The notes below the pieces were generated by a model that had not been told where the DNA came from, searched no databases, and saw only the letters and a list, made by a program, of their open reading frames with translations. The position numbers and the translations under genes are program-made. Shown piece by piece: positions 50,478 to 64,000 of a stretch of 64,000 bases of DNA (within the stretch, counting starts at the first letter, position 1; each line of letters starts with the position of its first letter). This DNA is from Basidiobolus ranarum (Eukaryota). The stretch covers positions 1 to 64,000 of the forward strand of contig JASJQH010000004.1 in NCBI GenBank assembly GCA_040143965.1, in the 5' to 3' direction.

Positions 50478-53400
50478 TTAGTTGCGATTTCTTGCTCGGT
50501 TCGATGACCAGGAACAGTACTGCTTGAGAGTCGGGCCAATCTTCTCTTTAGTTACGATCTTACTCAGAATAACGTCAAAGAGACCGGCTTGGGGGACGTT
50601 TCGTTCATAAGCCGTAACAGCAATGATGGGTGTATTTTGATTGAGGTTCTTAGTTGATTTGATCATTCGAGCCGCGGTAAAACCATCAACTAGTAAAATA
50701 TTTGGGTTAAATTAACATCGAATACTAAGAATATCTCGATAAATTAAACAGGAACTTACTGATTGGCATCTTGATATCCATAAATATTATATCAAATTTC
50801 ACTTTCCCCATACAACATCTAATTGCCTCAGCGCCGTTGTAGCAAACAACCGAGTTGCAATGAAGTTTTTCCAGAATTCTCTCCAGCAGTTTGGCACTGA
50901 TAGCATTGTCATCGACAATGAGACACTTGGGACTGGTGCGATTGCCGTTACTAGCATTTCTAGACAATAGACCGTAGCCGCTTTTGACGCCGGGTGGAGC
51001 GCATCGAATAGAAGATGCCAGTGACATTGTTCTTGGCCGTGAATGGTTGATCTGCGACTTTCCACACCAGGACATTCTCGAATTAGGAAGTGAGGAGGAC
51101 ATCGTTTCTCCAGAAATCTTCATTAATGAGGAATTCAAGACAGCAGGCACTGAAATGTTTCTAGAGTGTGCTGTAGAGCTGGCAGGGTTTTGATTCTCAA
51201 GATTGGATTGAAAATTGATCATGCTATGTCTTTTCGTAGAGTCGGCAATAGCGGGGTCAGACTTCAGTCTTCTAATAACATCGTCATTGGCTTTAGCCAA
51301 CACCTCCAGGTTTTTGTACGAAAAGTTCCCAAAATCTACCGTATTCGGCTCTGCAGCATTATTCTCAGAAGGCAATGAGTGTGACTCAGAGTTGCTCTTA
51401 GAGTTGGATTGTATGGAGGATCGATCGATCTCTGGCTCTGCTTCCGTAGAAAGTTCTGGATGTTCGCCAGCATCAAAATGAGCCATGGATGCTCCTCTTC
51501 CGTCGAAGTAGTCCGTATCCTCAATACTATCCGGTTGAGGAATAAAAGCTGGTCGCTCGGTTAACAATGTATCCCACTCAATACCAGCAAAAAACGGGTG
51601 ATTCTTGACTTCCTCTACACCATTCGCTCCTAATCTATTCTCAGCATTGGTGCACATTAATTGTTCCATCAGGTCACGTGCTTCGGGGGACACTTGCACT
51701 TGATCTTCGTGCCAATCAATATTCCGCGAGAGAATATTTTCAAACACCTTCTCTGGAGAGTCCGCATTGAAAGGTGGAATTCCGTAGATAAATTCGTATA
51801 AAATCACTCCAAGTGCCCACTAAAGAAATTCCATTAGTAGAAGGTCATCATATTAGAATATCAACCACTACTTACCCAATCTACCATGGCATCTTGCACA
51901 GTACCCAAAATACTCTCTGGCGCGAGGTAATCAGGCGTACCAACACATTTTTTGGGTGCTTCTTCATCCTTTATATTTTGGATAGCTTCGTCGGTTAATA
52001 GTAAATTTCCAAGGGGAGTTCCTGGGATCTCCGACCCACCGATTCCACCTGCTGTGCTATCTGAGGCATTGCTGGTAATGGAGTTTCTTTTGCCGTCCAA
52101 ACCATTCTGAACATGGAATTGTTGTTGGGCCTGTATAACATTATTTGGAGAATCCGAACTTGAGGTAAAGTCGAGGTAGGGGGAAGGAGGTCCATAGGAG
52201 TTTCTATCTCCACCGGAAGTGTTGACTTTTAAGGAAGTGGACTGGTTACGTCTATTGAGAAATCCAATTCTAGATAGGCCAAAGTCTGTGAGTTTAAGAT
52301 GGCCATTCTGGTCAATGAGTAAGTTGTCGGGCTTAAGATCACTGGATAATTGGAAAGAAATGTTAATAATGAATTGGCTGAATAAGGGCTTGGCTCTGTA
52401 GGTGAGCTACTAACCGATGAATGATCCCTTTTCCATGTAGATACTCTAGGCCCAGAACAACTTCTGCTAAATAATTTCGAGCCCATTCCTCAGGTAGCTC
52501 TCCCATGCCTTTGATCAAAGCAGCGCAATCACCACCATTTAGGTACTCCATGACCAAATATAAATAGTCCTTACTTTGAAATGTAAAGTAAAGTTTTACA
52601 ACGAAAGGTGAATCGGTCTGCATAATAAGTGCCTTTCTTTCGGCCTTGACATTCATAACTTGATTTTTGGTAATCATATCGGATTTCTTCAAAACTTTGA
52701 TGGCAAAATACTCCCCGGTAGTTCGCTTCTTAGCGAGATATACTGATCCAAACGCGCCTTTACTAATCGGCTTGATGACCTCGAAGTCCTTAATACTGAT
52801 TTGGGCGGATCGTAGCCCAGGGGTAGCAGGCCCGATAGTTGGAGAATAAGGTATACTATTCAATGAATTATCAGACCAAAGTCTCGATGATTTTGGAGAT
52901 CCAAGGGGGGATGTAACAGATCCCATCTCCTTTAAAGTCAGTCTCGGCCTTCTTGACCTTAGAGAGTTGCGTACAGGTATACTAGCCACTTCTTTTGGCG
53001 CCGAGTTCTCCTTCAATTGTTCACTCTTTGGAGCGGATGGATCCAAACTGAATTCTTCAATATTCTTTTCATCAATCAAACTTCCACCCCATTCCAATTT
53101 GATCTTGGCCTCCCATTGAGCTTCAGCCTTCTCCCCTTTTCTAATAGCGGAGATCATCTCTTGTGTAGCTTCGAGTTTCTCTTTAATAGACAGTTCCACA
53201 TTCCGTAGCAGTTGCTCAATGTTAGGGTCTGCAGCAGAAGGAGTCCAAGCGGAAATCTCTTTCCAGTTAGGTGTATTTTCTAACGGCTGGTCGTCTTGAT
53301 TGTCGACTGCTCTAATTGCCAGACCGAGCTCCAGGATATATTTGGCAGATTTAAGGGCCTCTAGAGTATTCCTATGTAACTCGATATCGTCTGTTGACTC

Positions 53401-56400
53401 TTGGATAGTATTACAAATTCCACATATCTCTGTTCGAATTTCTTGAAGAGAATCATCGCATGTTTGCAATTTTCTTTCGGCTTGATGGGTTTTGGTGCAG
53501 AGCTCTGAGTGGGTTTCGAAAAACAGAGGGGACACCATTCTTTCGCATATATGACAAAGAACATGAGGAGGAAGAGGTTGCAGCGGCATTGGGGAGCCAC
53601 TCTGAGAGCCACTTTCTGAATAGTTTTCCCAGTTTTTCACTCTATCATCTCTGATCAAATGATTTCTTTCCGTGCCTACTGACTCTTCGGTATCAGGAGT
53701 GTCTACATCTTCAAAGTCGTCAACACCAATGGCACTTAACTGGGAATCTTTCCAAGAGTCCTCTTCGGTTTCATTGACTGGTTGAATAACCCAAAGGGTA
53801 TGCGAAGGTTCTCCATTGATATGATCCGAATACCCAAGAATTCCTTTAGCCTCCATCATGGCCCAACCATGGGTTTCCTTATTATCTTCTTCGTCTTTTC
53901 GCAGCAAAGAAAAACGAACCTCAATGGTTTGTGTGTCATCGTACAAAAGTTGTGAAGTTGCGATCGAGAAGATGTCGACGTCACTATCAGGTAAAAACTC
54001 GGATATAGAATGGCCCAGGAGAACATGAGGATCAGATCTAGCCATAAGAAAAGGGATTAGAAGCCTATTGATAGATTAGACATGTTCGCTCAATAACCTA
54101 CCCCATTAATTCCCTCCAAGCTGGACTTAAATAGCGGAGTCGAACATCATTAAGAGTCAATTCCATTACAATACTTACACCTTGGCCTTCCTCAACAGCC
54201 CTGCGAAGTTCCTTGATGTCTTTCTTAGTCTTGGGATCGGAGCGTGGTTTTCTTGCTCGTCGGCGCTTCTGCTGTGGCTTGGATTCTTTCGATGAGCCGT
54301 GATGCGTATGTGGTTTCTCGTCCGTGGATCCATGTTTTTTCCCTATAAGTCGTTCTTGTTGGGAATATTCTTTTTCTAGCTTCTCCGCTTCTCGGAGCTG
54401 GATGCTGATGTTGAGGTATCCCATCAACGTCAATAATCGCGAAAACATATCTTTATGAGGCCAATTGTTTCGAAACCAATCGTTTTGAATCCTAGTCATG
54501 GTGCTTATGTAATTCTCCATTTTCCCTTTGGATAGTCGAGAATGATCAATGTCGAGGATATCTTGACCTATGGAAATAAAATCCATTGCTTTTTGCAAGA
54601 ATGGAGTAGGACAGAATGAATCCTCGGCAATGGGAATAACTACTGATCCATGCCGTTCTGACCGGAAAGAAGTGAGGCTCTCATTGCTAACACGTCTCTT
54701 TGGATTGGATGTAAAATATGGAGCTGTACAATTTTTCATGGGATTTAATAAAGATACATACGAATCTTCTTAAAAAGAAACCCTACCATTGTTGGAACCA
54801 CTCAATATGTGTAGCTGGTTGTCATCGAATCCACTATTTCCCTGGTCATTCAACAGGTGTTCGCTTGTGGCAGTCGGAGCATCAGCCGCAATCATTCTGT
54901 GCGATCTTGAAGGACGTTCGCTATTGCGTGAAGCATACTCATGTTCGTAATCCATATAAGAAATTTGGCCAGGAGATGATGATAGAATAAGTATATCATT
55001 ATTCTCCTCTTCACCACCATGGATAGAAATAGTCGGTGTAGAAGTAAAAGAGCGATTTTCATTTCTATTTAACTCGTTGTTTTCATTCTCATTATGGGCA
55101 AAGTTAAATTCATTCGAGTCGTGGGTGAAATGCACGGGTTGATCTTCTAAACTATCATCTGACACCAAGTCCACATCTTCCTCGTCTTCAACGTAATTTA
55201 AAGTTCCCTCAACAAATTGATTCAGGATCTCAATAAGTTCACGAACCAGCTGGTCACATTGCCTCTTGCGGTAACGAATATCCTTCTCCAAGTTACGTTT
55301 AGACAGTTCCGAAGGAAGAGAAGGGAGCCGAAAGACTTTTCCATTTCCACTAGTTGAGCACCCGGAGTAAGAAACGGCACGAGACATGGGTTCAGGCTCT
55401 GGTAAATGATTAAAGACATGGTGCTTCTTAGATTTGGAGGCTCGGTGTTTCTTTTTGGAGTCAGAATTGGTTAAAGTGATTGGATGAAGCTGTAAGCGTT
55501 TATTGCGTTGAAATTCTTCATAGGTTGAAGGAACATCAAAATTCATGGGTGTTTCTAGAAGCTCGTAGCAAATGTCAACTACCTGATTCCACCACACTAA
55601 GTATTCTCTGTTCCTCTTAAAGAAGTCTAGAGGGCGATCATATCCATCAGCTAGTGGAGGTTCGTAAATCCAATTAAACCAATGTGTTTCTGCTGAAGGC
55701 TTGTGCTTGGACCAATTTTTGGATTTGGTGACCCTCGATTGATACAGCTTACTTGCATAAGGATATGCAGATGACTGCAATAGTGATGATTTGTGATGAA
55801 ATTCGTCGGATTGTAGACGATCTTGTACCCCACCTATGGGAGTCGCTGGTGCGGATGTCGAATATGAATAGATTGAGGGTGGATGTGTCGACTGAATATC
55901 TTTCGATGATTCTTGTTTAGAAGGAGAATAGGTGTCCTGCCATTTCTGACCATCTTGATTTGATTCTTTCGTAGAGCTAATATTCTCGATTCCCAACGCA
56001 TTTCTTCCCCACGACTTCGCTCCATTATCCGCAAACGCTTTCGTTGGTTGGAAATTGATGGGCTTAACATTGCTTACAGAGAGCACTCGACGACGTGTTG
56101 TTTTAGGGAATTGGGAAATCACTGTTTTAGCCATAGGAAGCTTTATCTCGTCATCATTGGCGAAATTGGCATCAATAAACGAGGCACGTTTGGATTTAAC
56201 TAAATATCTTCCACTAAGGGTTGAAGGGGAATTGGCGAGATTGGTTGACGTTATTGCTAAAGGAGATGTAGGCCCTGTGCTCCATTCAGTAGGGGAGCCC
56301 TCGCCATTGTATGATGTAGTACGAATTCTTCGCCAAGAGTTGGGGTCAGGGTCGTTGGAGCTAGTACTAACGTCTTGTGCCTTACGTATATTCTCAGAAA

Positions 56401-57751
56401 ACTTGTTAACATTCATAACAGTATCTATCAAGGATGATCTTCTAGATCTGTACCATCCCCTGCCATTGGTCAAGGGGCTAGCTACTTTTGGAGATAGCCG
56501 ATTAGCACTATGCTCGTCTTCGGGATAATTCTCTTCCGTAACAATAGAGGAATCTCGGGAAGTCAAAGAGAGACGATTAGGAGTAACTAACGGAGATCCG
56601 TGTGATCTTGGAGAATTAGACTTTTCTGTAAAGTTAAACTCACCAGATCCAGCTGAAGATGAAGAACGGCTCAAAGGACGAACAAGTAAAGGTTCAGGAA
56701 TCGGAACACACCTGATTTTAGCACTGTCCGGCACTGGCGACAGTGAGAGTTTGGGCGACCTTGATAAGGAATCATAGCTATGAACCTTCTCTTTTTCTGA
56801 TTTTCTCTCTTTTCTTGGGTAAATTTCAGCGGACTTCTTGGGAGAATATGAAATACTTACTGGAGCTGTGGGCCCCGTAGAATTGGATTGCCAAGGAAAG
56901 TATTCTAGATGTTGTTCCTCGTCACGATTGTTCTCGTATTGGCTTTTGTCTTCAACAGGATGGAGATGAGAGCTGTGGTGTTCATTATCTGAAGAAGCAT
57001 TGGAAATCGATTTGTTGCCTAGCTTGTTATTTTCGGCTATATGAGAAAGAGAGTCAACAATACGTCTCCCACTGTCAACGTGCATATTTGGTACGGATGT
57101 AGTTGTCATGGATGTAGTGGGTTGTAAAGACACGGTATCATTTTGCTTATCAATAAGTTTTGGCTTCTTGAAATCCTCGTGATTATTAGGGCCTGAAAAT
57201 CTGTTGGGAGAGAAAGATAGAATATCTCGGTTACTGTGATCATCTGCATTTGTACCTCTCTGGGAATCAGAAGAATGAGTATTAGCCTCCTCTATCCAAT
57301 GAGTTTCAGATTCAGAGATACCAGTAGTTCTTGAAGGAAAAGTGTAAGGAATATGTGGTGGAATGTCGCTTTCAATGTCGTCATTCGGTTTCGTATCGTC
57401 CTTAGTGGAATGTGTGCCTTTGCTAGACAAAGAGCCGGACTTAAAGAAGTTTTGTATTCCAGAAACTAAACTACTTTTCTTTGGATTCACATCTTTTTTT
57501 GAGTCTACATCTTTCTCTTTGTCAGTTTTACTGAATGGTTTGGAACCTAGCTTTCCCAGAAAACTAGTTGAAGATTTGAGTTTGTTTTTTTTGGGAGACT
57601 TCGGTGGCATTAAGCCTTCCAAATGAGGGGTGTCGGTTTCTTCTGCTTGCTCAGTTGCAAGATTGGGAGTCGACTTACTTTTGGCATCGATAAAAGAATC
57701 CGCGAACGTTTCGGGAGAAGACATGCTAAACAGGAATGAGGTTAGATACAT
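50478..57751 (-). CDS. RIM15: Rim15/Cek1 (Greatwall-family) kinase with PAS, zinc finger, split kinase and receiver domains
   Basis: PAS (RYLSPAWRELMG), CHIC...H...C zinc finger, IKDFEVIKPISKGAFGSVYLAKK, insert followed by VGTPDYLAPE, AGC C-tail DTDYFD, and REC (LIVDD...FMDIKMP...IIAVTA). The start could be 57751 or the next Met (MSSPETF). Confidence 0.92.
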
Positions 57752-58758
57752 TTGTTTGGAAAGTGGATAAAAAATGAAAGGGATTAAAGTAGAGAATTAT
57801 TAAGAATAAAGAATAATAAGATATATACCTAGAATATGATAAGCTTGGAATATGATTTAAACAAAATCAAGCAAAGGGCATCTCTTTTTTACTAACTTCA
57901 CTCGCTTTGTCTTAGAGCCTTTATAAAAAGAGCGTTAAAGAACTCTAAACCTGAGACAAAATTCATAATTATTACGATTTCCTTTCAAATAGGTTGAAGA
58001 AAATATGTAGATACCTTACAGAGAGTGTGTTAATTGAGAGAAGGTCAAGACAAACAGGAATGTGAACGAATACTAATTTCTTAAGCAGACAGACGATATT
58101 TCGCCCAAGTGCTCGGAATATAAAATAATGAAAAGAACAAAATAGAGGAGCCAGCTAACTAAAATATCGAGGATGACCAAGCGTGTCAGCGGGCATTTAA
58201 CAAGAGGAAACATCGATCTATCGAGTGATTGCCATATATGGTCGGAACATAGGATACGATTACACTTCCACTGAGAAACAGCCTGATCGGATTATTCTCT
58301 GAAGACGCCGCACAATGCAACCTTGAAGTTCACGCTATAGTGCCTCCTGTCTACTAGATCATGCACCCACACAGAAGCAGGAAATGTGTCTCTAACCCTA
58401 ACCCTAGATATTAAGAAGAAGTGTGTGAGATGACTCAAACATACCTCAATTCATGTCACTTGAGTTAGTTCTAACACAATATTTAATGAGATTTAGACTA
58501 GGATCCTAAACTACTACTATATATCGATGATCAAATGACTTCATATTTTCACCATTCCCACCATTTCTGCCATTCTCACCACCACATACTATTTCATAGT
58601 CTCTGCCTAGTGATCGTAAAATCTTTGTTTACTAATTTATCATTATTGACTCATTCAAAACACACAACAAATTTTCTGATGCTATATTTCTATCTTCCTG
58701 CTACCATACAACTACTCCATAACATCGTCTCTTCTGTTTTCTAGCCTTGCATATCACA

Positions 58759-61224
58759 ATGCACCAAGCAATTAGCCGCTATCACGTAGATGCTAGGGAC
58801 TCTGCCGCTGAGCAGCAGGTATACTATCACTGTTTGTTATTAGCCGAGGCTGCTTTTTTTCTGATGGATTTCATTTAGCTCCGGAGAGGTCTGGACCTAG
58901 TCCAAGAAGCTTTTGACAATAAAGTTTTGCATATGACAGATGAGGTGAATCACTGGAAGCAAACTTGCAACGCTCAAAGACAGCAGGTATTACTTTTTTA
59001 TTTGGAAAACCTCTGTAGCTTTACTTTAGCTTAACTTCTTTCCAGATAACCTTACTCCAAAACGAGAGTGAAGAGCTTAAACTTAAACTAGATGAAATGA
59101 CCAAGTCTTCAACAAGCGTCATAGCTGAAAGACGAGCTCTTATGGTCTCCCGAAATGCTTTACTGGAGAAATACAACACACTTCGCAAATGGGTTTGTTA
59201 TGTCCACTACCTTAATGAATTAATTCAGTTTGTCCTAATTGATATATATTTCTTAGGCACTTCAACTTGAATCCTTTAAAAAGGTATAGTTGTCTTTTCT
59301 GAAATTGCCTTTATTACACGTAACTAAGATGAACTTTAGACTATTTTTCAAATGTTTCAAGAAGGCCCACAAGCCCCTATGTCCATATCTGATCTTGAAA
59401 AGACGTACTTTAGTGAATTTGAAGGTGGCTTGAGTTCACACCTTTCTGAAGATATCGCCCCTGCTACAGTTGTTGAGGCTCAAAGAGAGGAACCAGAGCC
59501 AGAACCAGACAGCATGTTCTTGGCTGAATACATGGTAATTGTGGAAATATATTTAGAAAAAAGCATATACTAACATCCTCATCAGGTTCCACAGGAGGAA
59601 TACGAACCGCAATACGAAAATGAGGGTGCTTATCATGAATCTGCTCCTCAATTAAGCTCGTTCTTAGGTCATGACTCAGATATAGCGGAATACGAGCCTA
59701 GCTCTCAAATACATCAATCAGAGAATGAAGAGCCAGTGGATTATCACTCTCTCCATCACTCGAATCATGATTTAATCCATGTCAGTTCGTCTCAACCTGA
59801 ACATTCAAGCTTCATGCCAGATCTCTCAGCTCAGCCAGAGAATCCCTATAGAGCCTCCGCTCTTGAAGGCGCGTATGTCTCTAACTCGACCCCTCGACAC
59901 ATTGAAGAGAATATTGCTAGATCTCCAAAAGAAAATGCCGATTCTTTCCTTGGCAACTTCTCTCTCCACTCTGATTCCAATTCAAGAGTGGAGCCATCCA
60001 AGTTAAACTCTAGTACTGGCCATAATCCGATTATATACGATCAAGATGATAGTTCAAGTGAGTCTGGCATAGCTATCACCGCAGATATGAGGGACCAAAC
60101 CTCTGATATTGATGAGCCCGAAAACTACGGCGTCGGCAATGGGATGTTGGACTTAAGAAACTCTCGAGAGATACCTACAATGGAGCATTCACGCCAAAGT
60201 AATCACTCTCACTATTCAAGTGAACAGGAGCCTGTCAATGACAGAGCCGACTCGAGCCAGCACAATGATGACATGGACAAGTCTATAGAGAACTCATATC
60301 AAAGGTCTACACCAAGTCAGCCGCGTCGAAGTAATTTTTCTGATCAAGTAAAGTTGGAAAACTCATACGAGGATGGCTTGAACCATTCGACTTTGAACAG
60401 ATCACATCAAAGTAATGCATCTCTCCACCAATCAAAGTCCCCGACCCACGTCTCCAAGCTCGACCTTTCAACCTCTAGTCGTCACAGTCAACAAAGGAGC
60501 TCTCCAAAGACGCCAAACATGAACAGTGAGTAAGATTCATGACAGAAATTTTCTATTCTTGTCCTAACACATTATTCATAGTCTCGCGCTCTAGCAGTTC
60601 ATCACAAGGTACCAGCAACAGCATTTGAATATTCACCCTCCTTGACAAGCGTACTCACCCTTTTGTGTGTGTTTGACAGCATCTCCTAAGGCCCAATCCC
60701 CAAAATTGGATCCGAAAAGCAATCACTTGACTGACTTTGCCAACACTTCCAATGGTAAATCCACCCACATTCAATCCTGCAATAATCTTAAACTTACATT
60801 ACCTTGAGTAGTCTCTCGAGCCTCGCATTCCTCACAACGCTCCAATGGTCATCAAGTAACCCCTGTTAGAGCCCCCACTAAGGCAGGCTCCCCTGATAGC
60901 GCCAAATACTCTGATGTCTCTGTTGCATCAATCCTCTCCACCTCTTCTGGAAGGAAAATGTCCAGAAAGGAATTATATGGCGAAATCAAAAGAACTTTGG
61001 ATCAGCAGGAATTCTCGGAATTTGCCAAAAGTATGTTGTCCCTGTATTTGATAGCCACGCCTCTCACCACTAAAGTAATACTTCTTCATATAGCTATCGA
61101 TGATTTCCATGGCCAGCGCATATCCCTGCCTCAAGCAGAACAGCGCATGCAAGAACTTATTCATGATCAGTCTTTGTTACGCCCTATCCTTAAAATGCTA
61201 AGAAAGAAAAAAGTGGATGCTTAA
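58759..61224 (+). CDS. Coiled-coil protein with At4g15545-like N- and C-terminal domains (multi-exon)
   Basis: Spliced N-terminus ...VQEAFDNKVLHMTDEV...KYNTLRKWALQLESFKKTIFQMFQE, an S/E/H-rich linker, and C-terminal helical domain SRKELYGEIKRTLDQQEFSEFAK/IDDFHGQRISLPQAEQRMQELI. Confidence 0.6.
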
Positions 61225-61967
61225 GCACACGTCCAATTTCTCTAATGTGTACGCTGGCGATGTATTTTAGATGAATTTTGTTTGTTGCTTCATATATATA
61301 TATATACTATAAATTTCTCTTCATTCCGAAATAATCCAATCAAGAATACTGGAATTATCCGAACTGCGTTTACTTGGATGAACTTAGGATTAGTGCCAAG
61401 CTCTATTTGTTATATCACTTTGTCGATCACATGCCCAAATTTTCCTGTGCTACTAAATAAGGATGGAGCAGCAGAATAGGTTTCAGCATCAGCACGCCTG
61501 CACATACACCCATACCCACAATACGCAAATAGTATTGACTGACTCATTTACCATCTTTCTTAGTCATGTCTTTTTGTTGAAGCAATGATCAGCAGCTAAT
61601 TTGTTACGCTTCCCCATTGTATGATCATGATTTATGGTATTTAGAGTTTCTCACGTGATCTACAATCCTTATCAATCGATCTATCGAATGAATACATTTT
61701 TGGGTATATCATATATTTACTATTCTGTTTCGACTGCATATTGCACATTGAATGCTAGTAATTTTCTTGATATAAATCCACCATAGTTGCACAACTGTAT
61801 GTTCCCGACTTTTGGGCATTCCCATGTATTGATTTTCCTTGACCTCTACCTATTTATCCGCTGTATACGTCGTATCGTATTCTAGTTTCTCCAGTTTATC
61901 AGCTTCACTCCTTTGCACAAGAAAGGTCCACATACAGATTAATCCCATTTTACTGTTCAACATTAGT

Positions 61968-63316
61968 ATGCCAACACTAGGCTATTTGGTGTCTTCCACT
62001 CTAAGACACACCCGTAAAACAGTAAGTTTCTCATAACGCTCGTACACCTCTGAATTGTATCCAACTAATGCTTGGAATAGGAATGTTTTACTAGGAAGTG
62101 GTCACGATTTTACAACAGTGCTTCTAACCAAGCACATTTCTACAACAATCGTGTCCTTGACAAATATCTTGTACAACCAAGTCGAAAACTAACCTTGCGT
62201 CAACTGGCATTCTATGGTCGTAATTTAACAGAGGAGCGAGTCATTAATAGTGGCAATTATGTCAGAACTGAGCTCCCAGTAAGATTAGCCCACAGAATTA
62301 GAGATATGCAAAATCTTCCATTTATCACAGCGACAAATCCACACTTGGAGACCGTGTACAATCTTTATTGGCAGGCGTTTGATAAGTTTCGAAGTGTGCC
62401 CCAAATCCAGAGCATGGAGGATAATCGTCACTTTTGCGAACTCCTCAAGTCCCTTATGGAGGAACATTTATATGTAATCCCCAATCTAGCGATATTTTGT
62501 TCGGAGAGCTCCCATTACTTGGTCCGACAGCAGTTAGATCAATTCATGAATGAAATCCTTCGTTCTCGCATCTCTCGTCGTGTTCTTGCTGAGCAGCATA
62601 TGGCTATTTCGGATGCTCTGGAAAATCAAAAAACTGCCATGCAAGATGATCATATAGGCATCGTATTACCTCGTTGCGTTGCTAGTGAAATCGTTCAGAA
62701 GTGTGCTAATTTGGCTCAATCGGAATTCAAAAGTGCCTATGGAATAGCCCCCAAAATACACATCAATGGGCACGTAGATACTATTTTTCCGTATATTCCA
62801 GACCATGTGGAATATATCATACACGAACTTCTAAAGAATTCCATCAATGCAGTGGTTCGTAAACACGGTAAAGGCAAGAGTCTACCTGACATTGTGGTAA
62901 CTATTTGTGAGGGACAACAAGATGTGATCTTTCGAGTCTCCGATCAAGGAGGAGGGATTAACAAAGAAGAGTTAGATACCATCTGGTCTTATGGATGTAA
63001 CAAACTCAAATCTGCAAACTTCGAAAAAGTCCCCAAAATGGCAGCAAAGATGACCGAGAGTAGCAGTATCGTGTCGCCTCTGCTAAGTTTAGGGATCGGC
63101 CTGCCAATGTCGAGAGTCTATGCCAATTACTGGGGTGGACGTCTTGAAGTGAGCACTATGGAAGGATTTGGCACCGATGCTTATCTGCATCTTTGTAAAC
63201 TGGGCAACTTGCCAGAAAACATAGACCTCGATGATCCAAGCGAACATGCCGGCCTGATGATGACCAACAAGCTAGGCCATAAGCAAACAACAATGGCTAC
63301 ACCCATATTTAGGTGA
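61968..63316 (+). CDS. Mitochondrial alpha-ketoacid dehydrogenase kinase (BCKDK/PDK family)
   Basis: Short presequence exon, intron 62022-62080, then LTLRQL...ELPVRLAHRIRDMQNLP...ELLKNS...RVSDQGGGI...GIGLPMSRVYANYWGG. Confidence 0.92.
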
Positions 63317-63787
63317 CGAGCCATGGATATTTAACTCCTACCAAATGTTTAATATATGAGAAAACCATTTTGTTCATAATAATCTTTAAAGCTCAGATTG
63401 ACACTAAGCGACCAATAACCCCCCGTATGTACAGTATTATACTAAACCGCCATCTTTGAATGAAATCTCTCGTTATTATCCTCTTGACGTAGTAAACCCT
63501 AATTAAAATCCATTTAAGAGCCCCAACATTTCCCAGCAATTGAATTATTTAGTTGATGTAGCTACGCGTTAACTCTATGGTTATCGTTAGCAACATCCTC
63601 ACATTTCTTCTCAGCTTTATAACCAGCCTATTACTAAAGAATACAAAAGACTGTTTGGTTAGGTAGAGACAAGGGCTATTGGCACAGTTTTACACTAAAC
63701 AATCTATTTTATTGATTTCTTTCGTTATAAAGGGAGATTTTTCTTAAACACACTCCAAAGTGAATCATACGGTTGAGAATCCTAGTT

Positions 63788-64000
63788 TCAATCCTGTTTG
63801 TTAGTTATTCTTCTTGCCACTTTAGCGACTTGGTCTAGACGATTGATCACTTCCCATACACCATCCTCAAAGCTGGTACAATGATAATGGATTGAATATT
63901 TCTCACAAATCTTCTGAACTTGTGGTTGAACTTTATGGAAACTATGACGAGGAAGAGCTGGGAAAAGATGATGTTCAATCTGGTAATTTAACCCACCAGT
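63788..64000 (-). CDS. 3' end of a front-end (delta-6/delta-8-type) fatty acid or sphingolipid desaturase; continues beyond the window
   Basis: Manual translation TGGLNYQIEHHLFPALPRHSFHKVQPQVQKICEKYSIHYH...NKQD*, containing the QxxHH third histidine box of cytochrome b5-fusion desaturases. Confidence 0.9.
   Translation of the reverse strand, partial: TGGLNYQIEHHLFPALPRHSFHKVQPQVQKICEKYSIHYHCTSFEDGVWEVINRLDQVAKVARRITNKQD

Noticed and set aside
1-64000. tRNA, rRNA or snoRNA genes
   Set aside because: No convincing cloverleaf or rRNA signature seen by eye; tRNAscan-SE/Infernal would be needed to exclude them.

Overview
Gene-dense, intron-rich eukaryotic DNA with short GT-AG introns and CTAAC-type branch points. 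Gene content points to an early-diverging fungus (Mucoromycota/Zoopagomycota-like; this is inference). The left ~10.8 kb is an accessory or decayed zone. It holds a CYP450 with an in-frame stop before the heme Cys, a CpG-depleted degenerate repeat tract, two convergent 5'-truncated genes (Hsp70 and serine dehydratase-like), and a small secreted precursor with five G/S-A-(Y/D)-D-x-M-H-x-x-N decapeptide repeats. That precursor is the best candidate for an undescribed peptide/RiPP system. The rest of the window is mostly conserved housekeeping genes: SEC5, two tandem Snt1/NCoR-like SANT paralogs flanking mitochondrial uS11, ERD2, ETF-beta, Rho-GDI, PKA regulatory subunit, MRP51, RIM15, a BCKDK/PDK-family kinase and the 3' end of a front-end desaturase. 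It also contains a CSαβ defensin-like gene, a Treslin-type Sld3 that appears to keep the N-terminal CIT domain, an At4g15545-like protein and a small spliced coiled-coil gene missed by the ORF track. All family assignments come from motifs recognised by eye; no searches were run.
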